Assembly: GCA_048013815.1 (NCBI GenBank)
Contig: CM106586.1
Span: forward strand, 11,656,001-11,720,000
Direction of reading: 5' to 3'
DNA: 64,000 nucleotides
DNA from: Setoptus koraiensis
Taxonomy: Eukaryota > Animalia > Arthropoda
Shown: positions 1-11,592 of the stretch, piece by piece
Layout of the letters: each line of letters begins with the position of its first letter
Numbering within the stretch: position 1 is the first letter of the stretch
Program-made: the position numbers and the translations under genes
Notes under the pieces: model-generated
What the model saw: only the letters and a program-made list of their open reading frames with translations
Told to the model about the DNA's origin: nothing
Database searches by the model: none

Positions 1-190
1 ACTGCGTTTATAACCAACATCGGTCTCTTCGAATGGAGTGTGCTTCCCTTTGGGTTAAAAAATGCACCTGCAATATTCTAAAGATTGATGGATTTTATAT
101 TGAAAGAACTATCAGACTTCGCTAGAGTTTATTTCGATGATATTTTAGTGTTTTCAAAAGACGCAGCAAGTCATGTATCCCATCTTAACA
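1..190 (+). pseudogene. Ty3/gypsy reverse transcriptase fragment, degenerate and truncated
   Basis: Frame 1 reads TAFITNIGLFEWSVLPFGLKNAPAIF*RLMDFILKELSDFARVYFDDILVFSKD, with the LPFGLKNAP and YxDD motifs. In-frame TAA at 79-81 sits where Q is usual. Similarity ends at about 190. Confidence 0.92.
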
Positions 191-257
191 CAACAATAGA
201 CTGTACCACTCGGCTACCCCCGTTACACGCACTTTTACATACAGAATACAGTCTACT

Positions 258-584
258 TCATTTTTCAAAGAGCTGTCGCCTCAGATCATGTACTTGATCC
301 TCCAGTTTTTCACACTCTTTAATTATTTTTTCCTGTGCTAACTGCAGATTGTCCCATTTTTGTGGATCTAACACTTTTTCTTCCAGTGGTAACCTAAGTT
401 CCTTCTGAATATCCATTACTATATTGGAATGTCTTCTCTCGCAATCATAAAATTTACGTTCGGCTGTTTCCAACTGTCCACGTATCATATCCTTTTCATT
501 GAATTCTGCTCTTCCACCGTGTAAAGGCGTCGTTGCAAAAATAACTGCAACTACCACCAAAATTAATGTCAAATATTTGTGCAT
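258..584 (-). CDS. Small secreted coiled-coil protein, 108 aa, unknown function
   Basis: ATG start, hydrophobic signal peptide (LTLILVVVAVIFA), then a charged heptad-like helical body. Confidence 0.7.
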   Translation of the reverse strand: MHKYLTLILVVVAVIFATTPLHGGRAEFNEKDMIRGQLETAERKFYDCERRHSNIVMDIQKELRLPLEEKVLDPQKWDNLQLAQEKIIKECEKLEDQVHDLRRQLFEK

Positions 585-1394
585 ACTACTTGCTGTTCGA
601 AGGATTTTATTTTAATTATTTATTGCAAAAGCTCGAGTCTGAATAGAGAATCGGAGACTTGTCGTCACTGTATTGTTCCTCTTCAGATATTCACAGTTCG
701 CAAGAATATATCGATCTGATCCATTAGTGCAGAAGTATGATATAAAAATAGATGCAACTTGAGCTATTTATAGGTCCATTTTACCTGTATCTACAGTTGA
801 CACCGCTTCAGTTATAACTCATAGAGCTCTAGAAGGTTGGGTGGGCTCTCACCACTTTCAAACATTTCGACCGTTTGGACCACCCCGATTAACTATATGA
901 AACCCGACCTTCAGCCACTTTCGTCCTCCTCCATCTTTTTCTACCATGGACGAAAGCGGCTGAAAGTGGGGATCTCGACTCTTTCGTCCAGAGTATAAAC
1001 CGTTTCATCTAATGAAGGACAAAAGATGATGAAATTTGAACCATGAGTCCGAGCCACCGAGACATTAATCCGCACACTAACAAGGTTGCTAAAAATTGAT
1101 ACACCATGGCGAAGTTTCAAGGTTTGCACACCATTCCATCTGCTCATTTCGAGGTGCAATTTTCTTCATCTAACAAGAGATACTCATCTCCATAGAAGTG
1201 CAAAATCTAATAGCTTAGATCATATGTCCGAATGTGATGGAAATTTCGCAGGGAATTTCCGGCTCTTGATTTATCTAGCTTCAGAAAGAAATATATCATC
1301 GCATTTCTCTTTGTACTTAGAGGTAGTAAGTAAGCGAACTAAATAAGACGTAGATGAAATTTTACAATCGACGCCGGATTTTGCAAAAACGGGA

Positions 1395-1520
1395 GCATTT
1401 CGGGATGTTTTTATTTTCGGTTTTCGATTTGAAATTTGGGTATGGTTGAGAAGGTCTCGATCAGGTGAAGCCAGAAATCTGGTTTATTTCTGTTTCTGGT
1501 TTTTCGTTCATTAGGCGTTA
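1395..1520 (-). mobile_element. Dispersed repeat family R1, partial copy
   Basis: ccagaaatctggtttatttctgtttctggtttttcgttca is the reverse complement of the core at about 54515-54545 and 61965-61990. Confidence 0.85.
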
Positions 1521-1539
1521 GTGCTGTGTGGAAAGGGGG

Positions 1540-1860
1540 CCGCGGGGACCTTGTTTCTTAAAAGTAGTGTCATCCGACGCGGTTTATTTGTTCCAACTGA
1601 TGGTAGTAAAATAAATCGAGAGAAATACTGCCGAGGGCGTCGAGATTGGAAGAAAATCTTCTTACTGATTTAGCCCAGATATTGGGACCCATCGCTCCGA
1701 AACATCTTTCTAGATACAAAGTCCTGTTGAAGCTCGCCCCAAGAGCTATTGAAAACAGTGATTTTAGTTGCGATAAAACTGCGCCAAAGCGAAAAATGCA
1801 AAAAAAAGAGCAACAGTCTGCGAATTTTTTCCAATATCTACATTTTTCAGCAATATTTGG
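1540..1860 (+). repeat. Dispersed repeat family R2, diverged copy
   Basis: gcgccaaagcgaaaaatgcaaaaaaaagagcaacagtc (about 1781) resembles gcgccatatgcaaaaaatgcaaaaggagaagaaaagtc (about 32624). The agtaaaataa...atactg block is also shared. Boundaries approximate. Confidence 0.55.
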
Positions 1861-2375
1861 ATGATGCTATTTTCAGGTTTTCATGACATGGAAGGGGCTA
1901 GTAGGGACTTCTTCGAACGCAACTCAGAAAGGTTTCCAGTTTTTTTTTCGCAACAGTAAATAATAAAAACACGACCGAAGATGCCAAGAACGCTGGAAAA
2001 ACATGAAAATAAACTTTTGAAGCCAAACAACCGATTGATCGTTATAGTAACCATATCTTCTGGTTCTACTAGCCTGGTCTGTACCTAGATTCTTGCTCGC
2101 AGAGGACTATCCAGGTAAGAGAGTCAATGATTGAGCTGATGAGGATGCACGTGATTTGCTTGTTCTGTGCTGAGAGTGGTTTGACTGAGTGACAACAATG
2201 TATCATCAATACATTACTAGCCGTGTCAATCCAATCATGCCTCTCTTCATGGGGATATCTAATCTAGTAGGCAGATAGAATGTGAATCATCAAAGAATAC
2301 AAGACATGTCAAAATCAATGACCACTATATTTAAGTTTCGTCCTGACATTGAACTTGTTATTGTTTGGCATCTCT

Positions 2376-3236
2376 ATGAGTAATGAAAAAAGTCTTGAGG
2401 ATATCAGCAGCAAAGTATATGAAGGCTCACATGTATCATCGTTTAGCCCTGGCAATCTCAATAGTGTGAATTCAGACCCAACCAGCAATCATATCCCAAC
2501 TCGTTCCGATAAGCAGAGATCTAAATTAGAGAACGCGGATCTTACAGAGCGAATAAAAGATTACGTAAAATTAGTTGGAAAAAAATCTATCAAGCATACA
2601 AAGGATCTATCAAATCCCACTGAGAAAAAAACAGTCGAAACTCCTCTGGATAATAACTTAGAACTCAAAAATAGTCAAATACCAGAATTCAAGCCAGAAG
2701 ATAGTATTCATAGTTTCAAGAGTTTTGAGAAACCAGAAATTATATACACTAACGAAACGAAAAAAATGGAAAGCAGGGGCAACTGGACAGTTGCAACTGA
2801 TGAGACAAAAACAAGCAACGGACAAACAACAAATTCAGCAAGAACATCAGATGATAGATTTATCGGAAGAATATTGACTATACTAACATTTGTGGTGGCA
2901 TTAATTTATGTAATATTACTAGTGTTACAACAAGCTGATTTACACAAAACACAAGCTCACATCTCAACTCTAGGTTTTATATCTATTGGAGCGTTGTTCG
3001 CTTGCTTGTTGGATACAAATATTGTGTCCAAACCGTATGAAAGATGTATGTTTTGGTTCCGTGCCATCATTTTAACATTGGTTGTACTATGTGTATTAGC
3101 ATATTTTGTTATTTATCGGCAGCCAAACAAAGGCGAGGCTACCAGTCTCAAAAATGATCCTCTTCATATGATGCTTTTTGGTGAATATCTGGCACTCTGT
3201 ATTGCACTCTTAATCTGTCACATGATCAACAGATAG
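2376..3236 (+). CDS. Multi-pass membrane protein with long polar N-terminus and about 4 C-terminal TM helices, unknown family
   Basis: ORF of 295 codons, first ATG at 2376. Four hydrophobic segments starting at ILTILTFVVALIYVILLVL. Confidence 0.8.
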   Translation: MSNEKSLEDISSKVYEGSHVSSFSPGNLNSVNSDPTSNHIPTRSDKQRSKLENADLTERIKDYVKLVGKKSIKHTKDLSNPTEKKTVETPLDNNLELKNSQIPEFKPEDSIHSFKSFEKPEIIYTNETKKMESRGNWTVATDETKTSNGQTTNSARTSDDRFIGRILTILTFVVALIYVILLVLQQADLHKTQAHISTLGFISIGALFACLLDTNIVSKPYERCMFWFRAIILTLVVLCVLAYFVIYRQPNKGEATSLKNDPLHMMLFGEYLALCIALLICHMINR

Positions 3237-3335
3237 AGCAGACGACCTTATGATCTGGATAATTATGATTTGATCAATAGAGTGCCTGCCGAGATTGTTA
3301 TTCATCAATCATTTATTTTTATCACTATTATAGGA

Positions 3336-3578
3336 CTAAATGTAACGTCGGCATTGTTTTATCAACCAGCAAAATAAAAATACTCCCATAGCTACATATA
3401 GAGCTAGATGCCAATCGCTCAATTGCTCCTGGCGTCTTGCGAAATATTTCATTACTCTACCTCTGCCAAATAGCTGTATATAAATGTGCCACCTAAATAT
3501 TGCATACAATTCCTGAATATCCCGTGAACGGTGACGCACCATGGCCATAACAAATGGGTCAGTGGCATTGTCTAGCAT
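3336..3578 (-). CDS. Possible small membrane protein, 80 aa
   Basis: ATG-started ORF with one C-terminal hydrophobic segment followed by KQCRR. No family recognised. Confidence 0.3.
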   Translation of the reverse strand: MLDNATDPFVMAMVRHRSRDIQELYAIFRWHIYIQLFGRGRVMKYFARRQEQLSDWHLALYVAMGVFLFCWLIKQCRRYI

Positions 3579-4014
3579 TTATAGATTTTGCAATGACAAT
3601 GACGATCACTATCAATGATCATTGATTATTTGAGTGATTTTTGTCCAAGTTGAGCTTTCATATCACTTAGTTTGCGGCCACAATGACATGCTATTTTCTA
3701 TTGTCCAGTTTGAATTGGTGCGCCCAATAGAGCCTGCAGTATATATTAATGCATGTATATGCTGACCACGTCGACAACAGAAGGCGTCTTTTGCTTCTAT
3801 TTTAATTGAGGCAAGTGTGTGTATGTGTTATTCAACGTTTGATGAGATAATGTAGTATTAGCCTATGTCTGTAGGCGCGAGACACCGTTTCGCATTGCCG
3901 ATACACCATATGATCTATATCGGGACATAAATCACCACATAATAATTGATTGGCGTCGGCGGTCGTCCATTTATAGGTCCATCTATAGCGTCATTCCTTG
4001 TTGGGAACACAGAA

Positions 4015-4773
4015 ATGGTCCCATTCGTCATGATGGATCAAGATTTACAAGGTTTGAGTGAATCAAACGAAAAGCAAGTGCATAAAGATCAACTACAGGG
4101 TGGCACACTTTTTCTCGGTAATGAGAGAGCAGCTATTCAAACATATTCAAATAGCATAACGAAAAAAATAATTGGTTATAATGATACAACATCAACAACA
4201 CTGAATAGCACAAATCAAACGACATCAAACATTAGCACTACAACAGCACAAGTTACATCAGATTTTTCAGAAGCATCATGGAATGATGCCTTGATATTCC
4301 TCGGTATATTTGTCTCGATAATAATCTTTGTACTAATAGTGGTGACATTAGTAGTTGTTAGATTAGAGAATAGCGTAAGTTCAACTGCGAGTTGGGGTAT
4401 TTATCAAAAAAAACGTACAAATAAACATTACAAAGAAACTAGCACTGAATCTAGCACTGGTAGTATGTCGGTACCATCTGCGTTATTGTTCGCAAAAGAG
4501 AAATTATTGCATAAAAGCTCATCGGTGCAACAAACAGATAAATCAAAAAAGATTCTTAATGATGTGAAAAATGTACGCAAATCAGCTAAGTTGAAGACTG
4601 TGAACATCGGCGAAATTTCTAAAGGCCTCACTACGAAAGGCTCCTCGTTGATGGAATCCATCAAAGCTGAAAAGTCCAAATCAGTCATGGGACAACGATT
4701 CGGAGCAGCAAAGAGCAATTCAGCTGCAAATCAGGCTAAATTAGATAGAACCCCGAACTCTTTATCTGACTAG
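4015..4773 (+). CDS. Orphan single-pass membrane protein with Thr/Ser-rich stalk and basic Lys/Ser tail
   Basis: T/S-rich run, then TM ALIFLGIFVSIIIFVLIVVTLVVV, then a K/S-rich tail. First ATG at 4015. Confidence 0.8.
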   Translation: MVPFVMMDQDLQGLSESNEKQVHKDQLQGGTLFLGNERAAIQTYSNSITKKIIGYNDTTSTTLNSTNQTTSNISTTTAQVTSDFSEASWNDALIFLGIFVSIIIFVLIVVTLVVVRLENSVSSTASWGIYQKKRTNKHYKETSTESSTGSMSVPSALLFAKEKLLHKSSSVQQTDKSKKILNDVKNVRKSAKLKTVNIGEISKGLTTKGSSLMESIKAEKSKSVMGQRFGAAKSNSAANQAKLDRTPNSLSD

Positions 4774-6135
4774 AGCATGGCAGGAAGATAAATCTCTAAC
4801 AACTTGTGCAATCTTCTGATTTAGAAGTTCTGGATTGCTTGAGTTCGATCTGCAGACATTTTTCAGGCCCGATTGACGGAGAACGAGACAAATCCGTCCA
4901 GAAAATAGTCTTCAGTTATATATGTACAGGTCTTGTTTTGCATGCCGAGATTTGCGTAGGTCTCTGGCATCCGATGTCTCACTTGATTCCAATTTTTTTT
5001 ATCTAACACAACCGAATGGAGCGTTACATGTATAAAAATAACAAACAACCAACTAGACAATCACAGATTATCCAAGTCATATTCATTTTGTCGGTCTATA
5101 TTACTGGTCCCCAAGATTTTTTTTCTTTCGCCGTTAGATTTATCAGGCACGGTAATTGATAAGGCCGATGGGATCGGTTACTCACCGATTTATCTCTAAC
5201 CTGGTGAAAATTATCAAAATTCGTATGTAAGCAAGCCATACTTAAACGCGTCGCTTGGGGCGCAGTTGTTTCCAACCGAAATACCGAACTCAGCAGCTTT
5301 TTCTTGTTGGGAATAGGAACATGATGGAATTGAGAATTTTTTCGCAATGGACAAGTGATCTTTGGAGAGAGATGGTGTTAGTAGATCCAAAAAATATGCA
5401 GTATGAATTATAATATCAGATAATTCAGATGTCTGTGAGTGCTGCTCGGTGGTCAACTTTAAGCTTTAGTTTAATTGAGTTGACTGTACACTTTGTTTCA
5501 TAATCGTGTCTACCGAATATCACCTATCCACCGAAAAAGGCCAGGTTTAAGCATAATTTTTAGCAAAAATAACCACCGATTCTGTTGGCCTTACTAATTG
5601 GCAATCATGATGATCCATCATGGATGAATTGTGGGGAGTGAGGACTGTGCATACCATGTGCTAGACATGAATTTGTTCTGGATACGGTCACCATGTGAAG
5701 TCGCACCGGATGACAATGTAATGCTCTTACGAACTATATGGACATTTAAATATATTTATATGTGAAGAAGATGTAGAGACCTTTGTAATCACTCGAAGCT
5801 ACTTAACCGTGAAAAGTTGAGTTTGATACCATCTAAAAACATCTTAGTTTCATAAAGAGCGCTTTCTCAGCGCTCTTTCGAGCACAAGTCCTACATGTAT
5901 TTTGTACAGTATAGGTCACAATTAGTGCTTCAAATAAGTCGGTGAAACTGCGAACTTCTCCGCTCGTTTCTTCTGGTCATCGTCCTACTCAACTCGGAAC
6001 GATCGGCAATTATTGATTTCAGTAACAAAGACATGACTTATGCAACTCACAGGGTGGAGACCGAAAGCTCATTCTAAAAAAATAAGCCGCAATTCTTAGA
6101 ACTATAGATCAATAAAGCGAAGTAGATAAAATTTT

Positions 6136-6954
6136 CTAATCCCTCGGAATGAATATCAATTCATGGAATTTATTTATATATTGAAATTCTATTAGATAAT
6201 ATGCCCGTATTCTTCTATTTCCCGGTCTTGATATTAGTAGACACTCTAGTTCGGCCTGTTTCGCCGCTTTTGCTTCCTGGCCGGAATCGGTTATAAAAAC
6301 AATTCTGTCTGGGCTGGTTTTTAGTAGCTCTTTTGAAAATTTTACATAAGTTTCTTTCTGTAACTTTTGACCTCCTCTGACCGTCACAAAATCAGTTATG
6401 AGATGCCTAATATCTCCGTAACTTGTATTCTCAAATAGCAACCGCATCAATTCTCTATCTAAGGACGAGATCACATAGACACGGATATCACATTTGTGCC
6501 ACTGTTCTAATGATTGTAAGACGTCATCAAACAGGGGTGTTTTAACAAGCTTTTTTTTGTATCCATCCAGCCAGACCATACGCTCAATGATCTGCGTTTC
6601 TTTAGTTTCTTTTTTGTTTTTTATTTGCCACAATACAAATTCACCCGTTTGTTCAGCTTGCATGCGCAAATTATCTGCCCGCCGATCTAGTGTGGCCTCA
6701 TCAATTATCGGAGCCTCCTCGTACTTATGACGAAAATGTTGCTCAAACGATTCGTTACGTAATCCAGGTAGACAATTCTGTATTGTGTCATTTTCCCAGT
6801 TGACTATGACAAATTCAATTACATTCTTACGAACATATTCAAAAATAGTGGCGTCTTCCCAACGTCTCTCGCTGATAGTGCCATGGAAATCTAACAAGAT
6901 TGCCTCTGGTTTGAATAATCTTACAAATGGCTCATGTTTGAACGTGAGAGACAT
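6136..6954 (-). CDS. Enolase-phosphatase E1 (MtnC)-like HAD protein, divergent paralog 1
   Basis: ILLDFHGT (E1 has LLDIEGT), WLDGYKKKLVKTPLFDDV (E1 W..GY..G.LK..VF.DV), VYVISS, FITDSGQEAKAAKQA, ISRPGN. Likely start M-SLTF at 6954; the frame is open to 7101. Confidence 0.88.
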   Translation of the reverse strand: MSLTFKHEPFVRLFKPEAILLDFHGTISERRWEDATIFEYVRKNVIEFVIVNWENDTIQNCLPGLRNESFEQHFRHKYEEAPIIDEATLDRRADNLRMQAEQTGEFVLWQIKNKKETKETQIIERMVWLDGYKKKLVKTPLFDDVLQSLEQWHKCDIRVYVISSLDRELMRLLFENTSYGDIRHLITDFVTVRGGQKLQKETYVKFSKELLKTSPDRIVFITDSGQEAKAAKQAELECLLISRPGNRRIRAYYLIEFQYINKFHELIFIPRD

Positions 6955-7227
6955 CTCACATACGAAGGGATTGCGATCGTCAGGGATGAAAATGTCTGCT
7001 TCGCGGTACTGTATTTTTGCATAACGATGTAAATACATACGATGTATGATTCGGTATATTGAATTTAATTGCGCACGTGACCTCAAATCATTTGAAATCA
7101 ACAGAACCCGCTAACCGAATAAGCTATCAGTCAGTCTGGTTAGTCGAAAACTTTGACAAGGTGTTTACATGTCTCGCCATACATTAGAAATACATGTAAT
7201 CTTGAGTTTTTTGTAGAAGCTCACTAA

Positions 7228-7301
7228 GGTGAGGAGCTTGTGCAATCAATTCTTAAGAATCTACGACAGTCGATTTTTTATCAGGATGCGCCGAAGATAT
7301 T
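7228..7301 (+). repeat. Left arm of long-range inverted repeat (partner 11786-11859)
   Basis: 63/74 identity to the reverse complement of 11786-11859. Weaker similarity extends to about 7197-7320. Confidence 0.9.
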
Positions 7302-7496
7302 TGATGCCGATCAAACACAAGTAGAAGTGTTGTGCTCAGTCATATTTCACATTTAATATTTATTGATCTGAATCAAAACGAAACATTCTGGTTATCGTCT
7401 GATCAGAAAGCTCTGTTTGAATAAGCATGCGGCGCAACCGATATAAAGGCCTACAAATTAACGAAATGTACGCTGACGAAAACAAAGTCAACAAAG

Positions 7497-9854
7497 TCAG
7501 TCGATTGTGCCCGTCGGAGAGTCCATCTGGGAGCGCCAAATACATTGTGCTTCTACAGTCTTCTCTCTTTTCGTTAGAACTCTTGCTAGCCACGGATGTA
7601 GAAACCATTCATGGAGAAGCTTGTACATATCTGAGGACGCAGGAGGCATTGCAGACTGATAGTTGTTGGGACAATCGTCGTTCAATGACAATTCGGTGTA
7701 TTCTTCGGGGATCACGAATAGATTCTGTAATGTTGATTGATCGCATTGTGTGGGAAGCATTGTGAATTTGGTCATTTTCATTTCTAGACAGTCACTGTCG
7801 GTGCCCTTTTTTTCTAGCGATAAATCATGCAAATTGTTTCTTTCCTCGCTCATCCCAACTGTTTGTCGTTCTTCCCGATTGCTACCCCTTGGTGTCGAAG
7901 AATGAATTTCTTCTCGATTCTGACAGCTTGGATTTTTGAGACCAGCCAATCTCAACGGTATATGGGCAATCTTAAGAGGAAAACCACCCTCTGTAGTATT
8001 TGTGAGTTTCAAAGCAGCCACAAGTGACTCAAGATCGTCAAAAAAATAACTACATATGACATTGAATGGTTTCAGTCGCGTGAGTAACTTGATAAACCAC
8101 TCAATATTCAACGGGAATTCCGGGCACAATTTTACGTCTATCTCCACATTGTAACAAGCATCGTTTGGCATTTCGCTTGCACTTGCACTAGAACTAAAAC
8201 TAGAATCCAATTCTACATGAGAAATATCTGAGGTAGATTTGCTTATGCTGTTGGATTGTTCAATTGCGCTGATCTCACAACATTCGTTGTGACGGTATTT
8301 TTTCATCAGGGTCATCTTCAACAGTTTCCTCTCAATGGAACGTCGTATTATTGCTGAGTTTTTCCTTTCATTGCAATTTTCTTCTATGCCGAATTCGACA
8401 AATTCTTTCATCGTTGGAGTGTCTTTGCCGGAAAACATTTTCTGTACAGAACCTATCAAACGAGATATACCTGTTTTTCGTTGCGATAGGTTGCTGCTGT
8501 TGTTTGATTCATGATGTTGCTTCACTTCCGAGTGGGGAACAATTTTAATAGAGTTGCCAACTATCACAGTTCTGGACAAGTTATTGGCCTGAAGCATCAA
8601 GGATTGTACCTGTTGATCAACTATTTGATCATAGCTATTTATCGGCACATGTTGTGGCGTAATAAAAAAGGTTGGTCGCCTGAAATCAAGACCGACATAT
8701 TTTGCGGATATTGTACGATTTATGAATGCTGCACTGTTGCTGTCGGGACACTGGGCTATAATGTCATCATTGTTATTGGCCTCATACAAATATTCAAATT
8801 GCTTTCTCTTGTGATACATTGCCACCATGCACAGTCTGTTGATAACGTTGTCCATAAATACAATGCTCATATCTGACTCAACACAATCAATGTAATTTAT
8901 ATCAAATCGTATATTATCACCCAATTTTGTTATAGTGATGATAGTTGGAGTGATCGGATCATTGGCAGGATTAATCATCATGAATTTTTTCCAAATGAAT
9001 GACATCCACGAATGATGTCTAACTGAAATCTTGAATTGTATAACGAAATTGTGTGGTTCTTGATGTAAGCATGTGTACAATCTGATACAATCCACCGAAT
9101 CAAACGTTGCGTCGCTCTTGAGCCGGCCATTCAGATTGTCCACCAGTATCTTAACAATTCTGTAACGGTGTTTCAAAATTTGTTTCAAGTCTGCTAACAG
9201 TTTACGGTTGCCGTCCTTGACTCTTTTGCGAACATCCTCGACGATCACAACAGTTCGGTTGCCAGTGTTTTTAGTTGCTACTTCCACGATATTAGAAGAT
9301 GACTGGCTGGCTACATTATCGGCATTGTTGATGTTTTTGGGATCGGTCGGTGGCTTCTGAGAACTAACACGATGAAGCTGATGCAGACGATCGTTTGTGT
9401 CTCGATAATGGTACAGTGCATCATCAAGACTTGACCAGCCTAAATTGTTTTGAAGTAGTATCTTCGACCCATAATTGATTAGGTATTGTATGACCTGCAA
9501 TGATGATGCCGATTCGACGGCACAATGAAGCAATGTTATTCCATGGTGGCCAAATTTCATATTCACATCAATGTTTGGATTGTTTTCAAGCAATTTATTA
9601 AGCTCGGTGAGATTTGATTTTACAACGCACCCTATAGCTATTTCATGTGAATCGAGAGAGAGCCGACAGCCGCTGACTTGATCAACCCGGGCCTCAATCG
9701 CACCATTGATGCTGGGACCTATGAGGTATTTTTCCGTGGTGTTGCACACATCAGATTTATCCAACTTTACAATTGTTGTCTGAGCGGCGTTCCCAGCCTC
9801 ATGTTGCTGGTTCAAGTCTGGTATTATTTGTGAAGACAGTTCTGTTGTTGCCAT
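7497..9854 (-). CDS. ANKRD13: ANKRD13-family ankyrin repeat / GPCR-chaperone-domain protein, divergent
   Basis: N-terminal ankyrins (GITLLHCAV, NNLGWSSLDDAL); NFVIQFK...SW...KLGDNIRFD block; LCPEFPL...GFPLKIAHIPL; FVIPEEY. This matches the ANKRD13 block order. Single exon, 785 aa. Confidence 0.82.
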   Translation of the reverse strand: MATTELSSQIIPDLNQQHEAGNAAQTTIVKLDKSDVCNTTEKYLIGPSINGAIEARVDQVSGCRLSLDSHEIAIGCVVKSNLTELNKLLENNPNIDVNMKFGHHGITLLHCAVESASSLQVIQYLINYGSKILLQNNLGWSSLDDALYHYRDTNDRLHQLHRVSSQKPPTDPKNINNADNVASQSSSNIVEVATKNTGNRTVVIVEDVRKRVKDGNRKLLADLKQILKHRYRIVKILVDNLNGRLKSDATFDSVDCIRLYTCLHQEPHNFVIQFKISVRHHSWMSFIWKKFMMINPANDPITPTIITITKLGDNIRFDINYIDCVESDMSIVFMDNVINRLCMVAMYHKRKQFEYLYEANNNDDIIAQCPDSNSAAFINRTISAKYVGLDFRRPTFFITPQHVPINSYDQIVDQQVQSLMLQANNLSRTVIVGNSIKIVPHSEVKQHHESNNSSNLSQRKTGISRLIGSVQKMFSGKDTPTMKEFVEFGIEENCNERKNSAIIRRSIERKLLKMTLMKKYRHNECCEISAIEQSNSISKSTSDISHVELDSSFSSSASASEMPNDACYNVEIDVKLCPEFPLNIEWFIKLLTRLKPFNVICSYFFDDLESLVAALKLTNTTEGGFPLKIAHIPLRLAGLKNPSCQNREEIHSSTPRGSNREERQTVGMSEERNNLHDLSLEKKGTDSDCLEMKMTKFTMLPTQCDQSTLQNLFVIPEEYTELSLNDDCPNNYQSAMPPASSDMYKLLHEWFLHPWLARVLTKREKTVEAQCIWRSQMDSPTGTID

Positions 9855-10344
9855 GCTATTTGTTATTTGTGTTATTGTAATTGAAAATTTGACGTTACCT
9901 TAGTAGTTTACAGTGTTTTATATCCTGTGATTATAACAATTACCATAAGGTTCAATCTAGCCTACGCTGGATTTGAATTATATAATTGAGTGGCCGTAGT
10001 AACAATCGGCATCAGTTTAGCTTGTGCAGGGGAAGTAAATTAGTTTCGCGAGACCAATAAATATCTGAGATGCATTTCTTCGTGTGCGACTCATCTGGGC
10101 TTGAAACGAGACCAATATGCCTGTGCTCATCAACGATTTCTTTCTCTGGAATAAGCTTACAGTTGATGAAAAACTGCATCAAATTTACAGCCTATATTAT
10201 TGCTCAATCAATGATTTCTTCCTCATCTAGTGTGCAGCATGGTCCTTTCATAAGTCTTTTATCCATTGATTCGACAAGCATTGATATTGCTCCAACTACC
10301 AATATGTCACATTCACTTTAGACACGAGTCTGGGTATCCATAGT

Positions 10345-11592
10345 ATGAGCAGCAGATCGACAGGAAACCAAATGAAGGATCCTGCTACAGGCTCAAAGGC
10401 TTCAGTTCGGGTGCCCGCGAAGAAAATTAGCACAATTCACGATGTTTCTGAAATTTCGTCCAAGACAACAGACGCATTACAACCAAAGAGCGTGCCAAAA
10501 ACTTCTAGTGGCAAAGCAGTGGAAAAGAAAGATGCATCATTAAGCCTCGACATAGACAGCCAAAAAACGATTTCCAGCAAGGACAATGCAGCCCCTACCT
10601 TGCCCCCCACTCCAGTCCCTTCCACATTGACCTCTCGGCTGGCCAAAGTATTCGGTTTTGCTGGCTCGTCTTCAAAAACTCCAGGCATTATCAGACGGCC
10701 CAGCTTTGCAAGAATCAGTTTGACTGCGCGAGAAGTAGACGAAAAATCATCAAAAATGCCAAAAACAATGAATGAACCGACAGCACATATCGGCAACGCT
10801 AAAGTTGCAAAAAAATCCAAAACTGTGACAAAAATATGTAGCAATACTAAGCCTCCGAGCGTGGGTCAAAGTTTCATTTCGCCGGAATCATCGACGATAT
10901 CGACGGCCTCATCGATATCATCAGTACCGCTTAAACAAGAGGCTATACATCAGGTGGCAATTGTTCAAGATACGAGACCTAGCATGAAATATTCATTAGA
11001 ATTTCAGCAAAAATTCAAAGATACAGGCCAGACAACACCAATTACTTTAAGTGAGGCCATGGTGATGCTAGATCCGGATATTACACGTGGTGTGCACGAT
11101 GTAGATGAGTTTAGACGGTTGGCGGCCGCTCGCAGTTTCACCGTGCCATCTTATAAGCAATCCTACGCGACAGCTCGAGGAGTTGCACCTAATCACGAAT
11201 TTCCACTGAACACGGACAAAATTCTCGGCTTGTCTACTCTAAGTAGCGGCACTAGCAATACTGACTCAATAATAAGTTCGCTAATTAGCGACCAGCCACA
11301 GGACAGCAACCAAATGACTAAAGAACTTGTTACAGCGGCCAAAACTGTGATAATATCGACAGCAATTAAGCAAGCAAAGAAAATTCCTGCACAGCAAAAT
11401 CCTACAAGTAGATTAGCGAAGCCCACTAACCAACAGTCAAGAAGCCTCGCTAGTGTAAAAAGTGACAAATCCGACACTGATAATACAAGTTCCGTCCTCG
11501 AAGGCACACTTAAAGTTGCTAAAGATAATGATGCAACTCCAAATTTACCATTGAAAGCACCCCCCCAAATCAAAAAAGAAGAACATAACTAA
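10345..11592 (+). CDS. Basic Ser/Thr/Lys-rich low-complexity protein, 415 aa, unknown
   Basis: Long ATG ORF with a short ordered-looking core MKYSLEFQQKF...DVDEFRRLAAARSF. Confidence 0.8.
   Translation: MSSRSTGNQMKDPATGSKASVRVPAKKISTIHDVSEISSKTTDALQPKSVPKTSSGKAVEKKDASLSLDIDSQKTISSKDNAAPTLPPTPVPSTLTSRLAKVFGFAGSSSKTPGIIRRPSFARISLTAREVDEKSSKMPKTMNEPTAHIGNAKVAKKSKTVTKICSNTKPPSVGQSFISPESSTISTASSISSVPLKQEAIHQVAIVQDTRPSMKYSLEFQQKFKDTGQTTPITLSEAMVMLDPDITRGVHDVDEFRRLAAARSFTVPSYKQSYATARGVAPNHEFPLNTDKILGLSTLSSGTSNTDSIISSLISDQPQDSNQMTKELVTAAKTVIISTAIKQAKKIPAQQNPTSRLAKPTNQQSRSLASVKSDKSDTDNTSSVLEGTLKVAKDNDATPNLPLKAPPQIKKEEHN

Noticed and set aside
900-1060. Hammerhead ribozyme suggested by GGACGAAA and atgagtcc
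   Set aside because: No CUGANGA core in the correct position on either strand.
3234-3377. Stop-codon readthrough of the 2376 gene (46 further open codons with a hydrophobic stretch)
   Set aside because: The TAG-A context is not a favoured readthrough context, an open stretch of this length is common, and it overlaps an antisense ORF.
4806-5456. Possible multi-exon minus-strand gene from several short ORFs
   Set aside because: No recognisable domain, and I could not build a consistent splice model.
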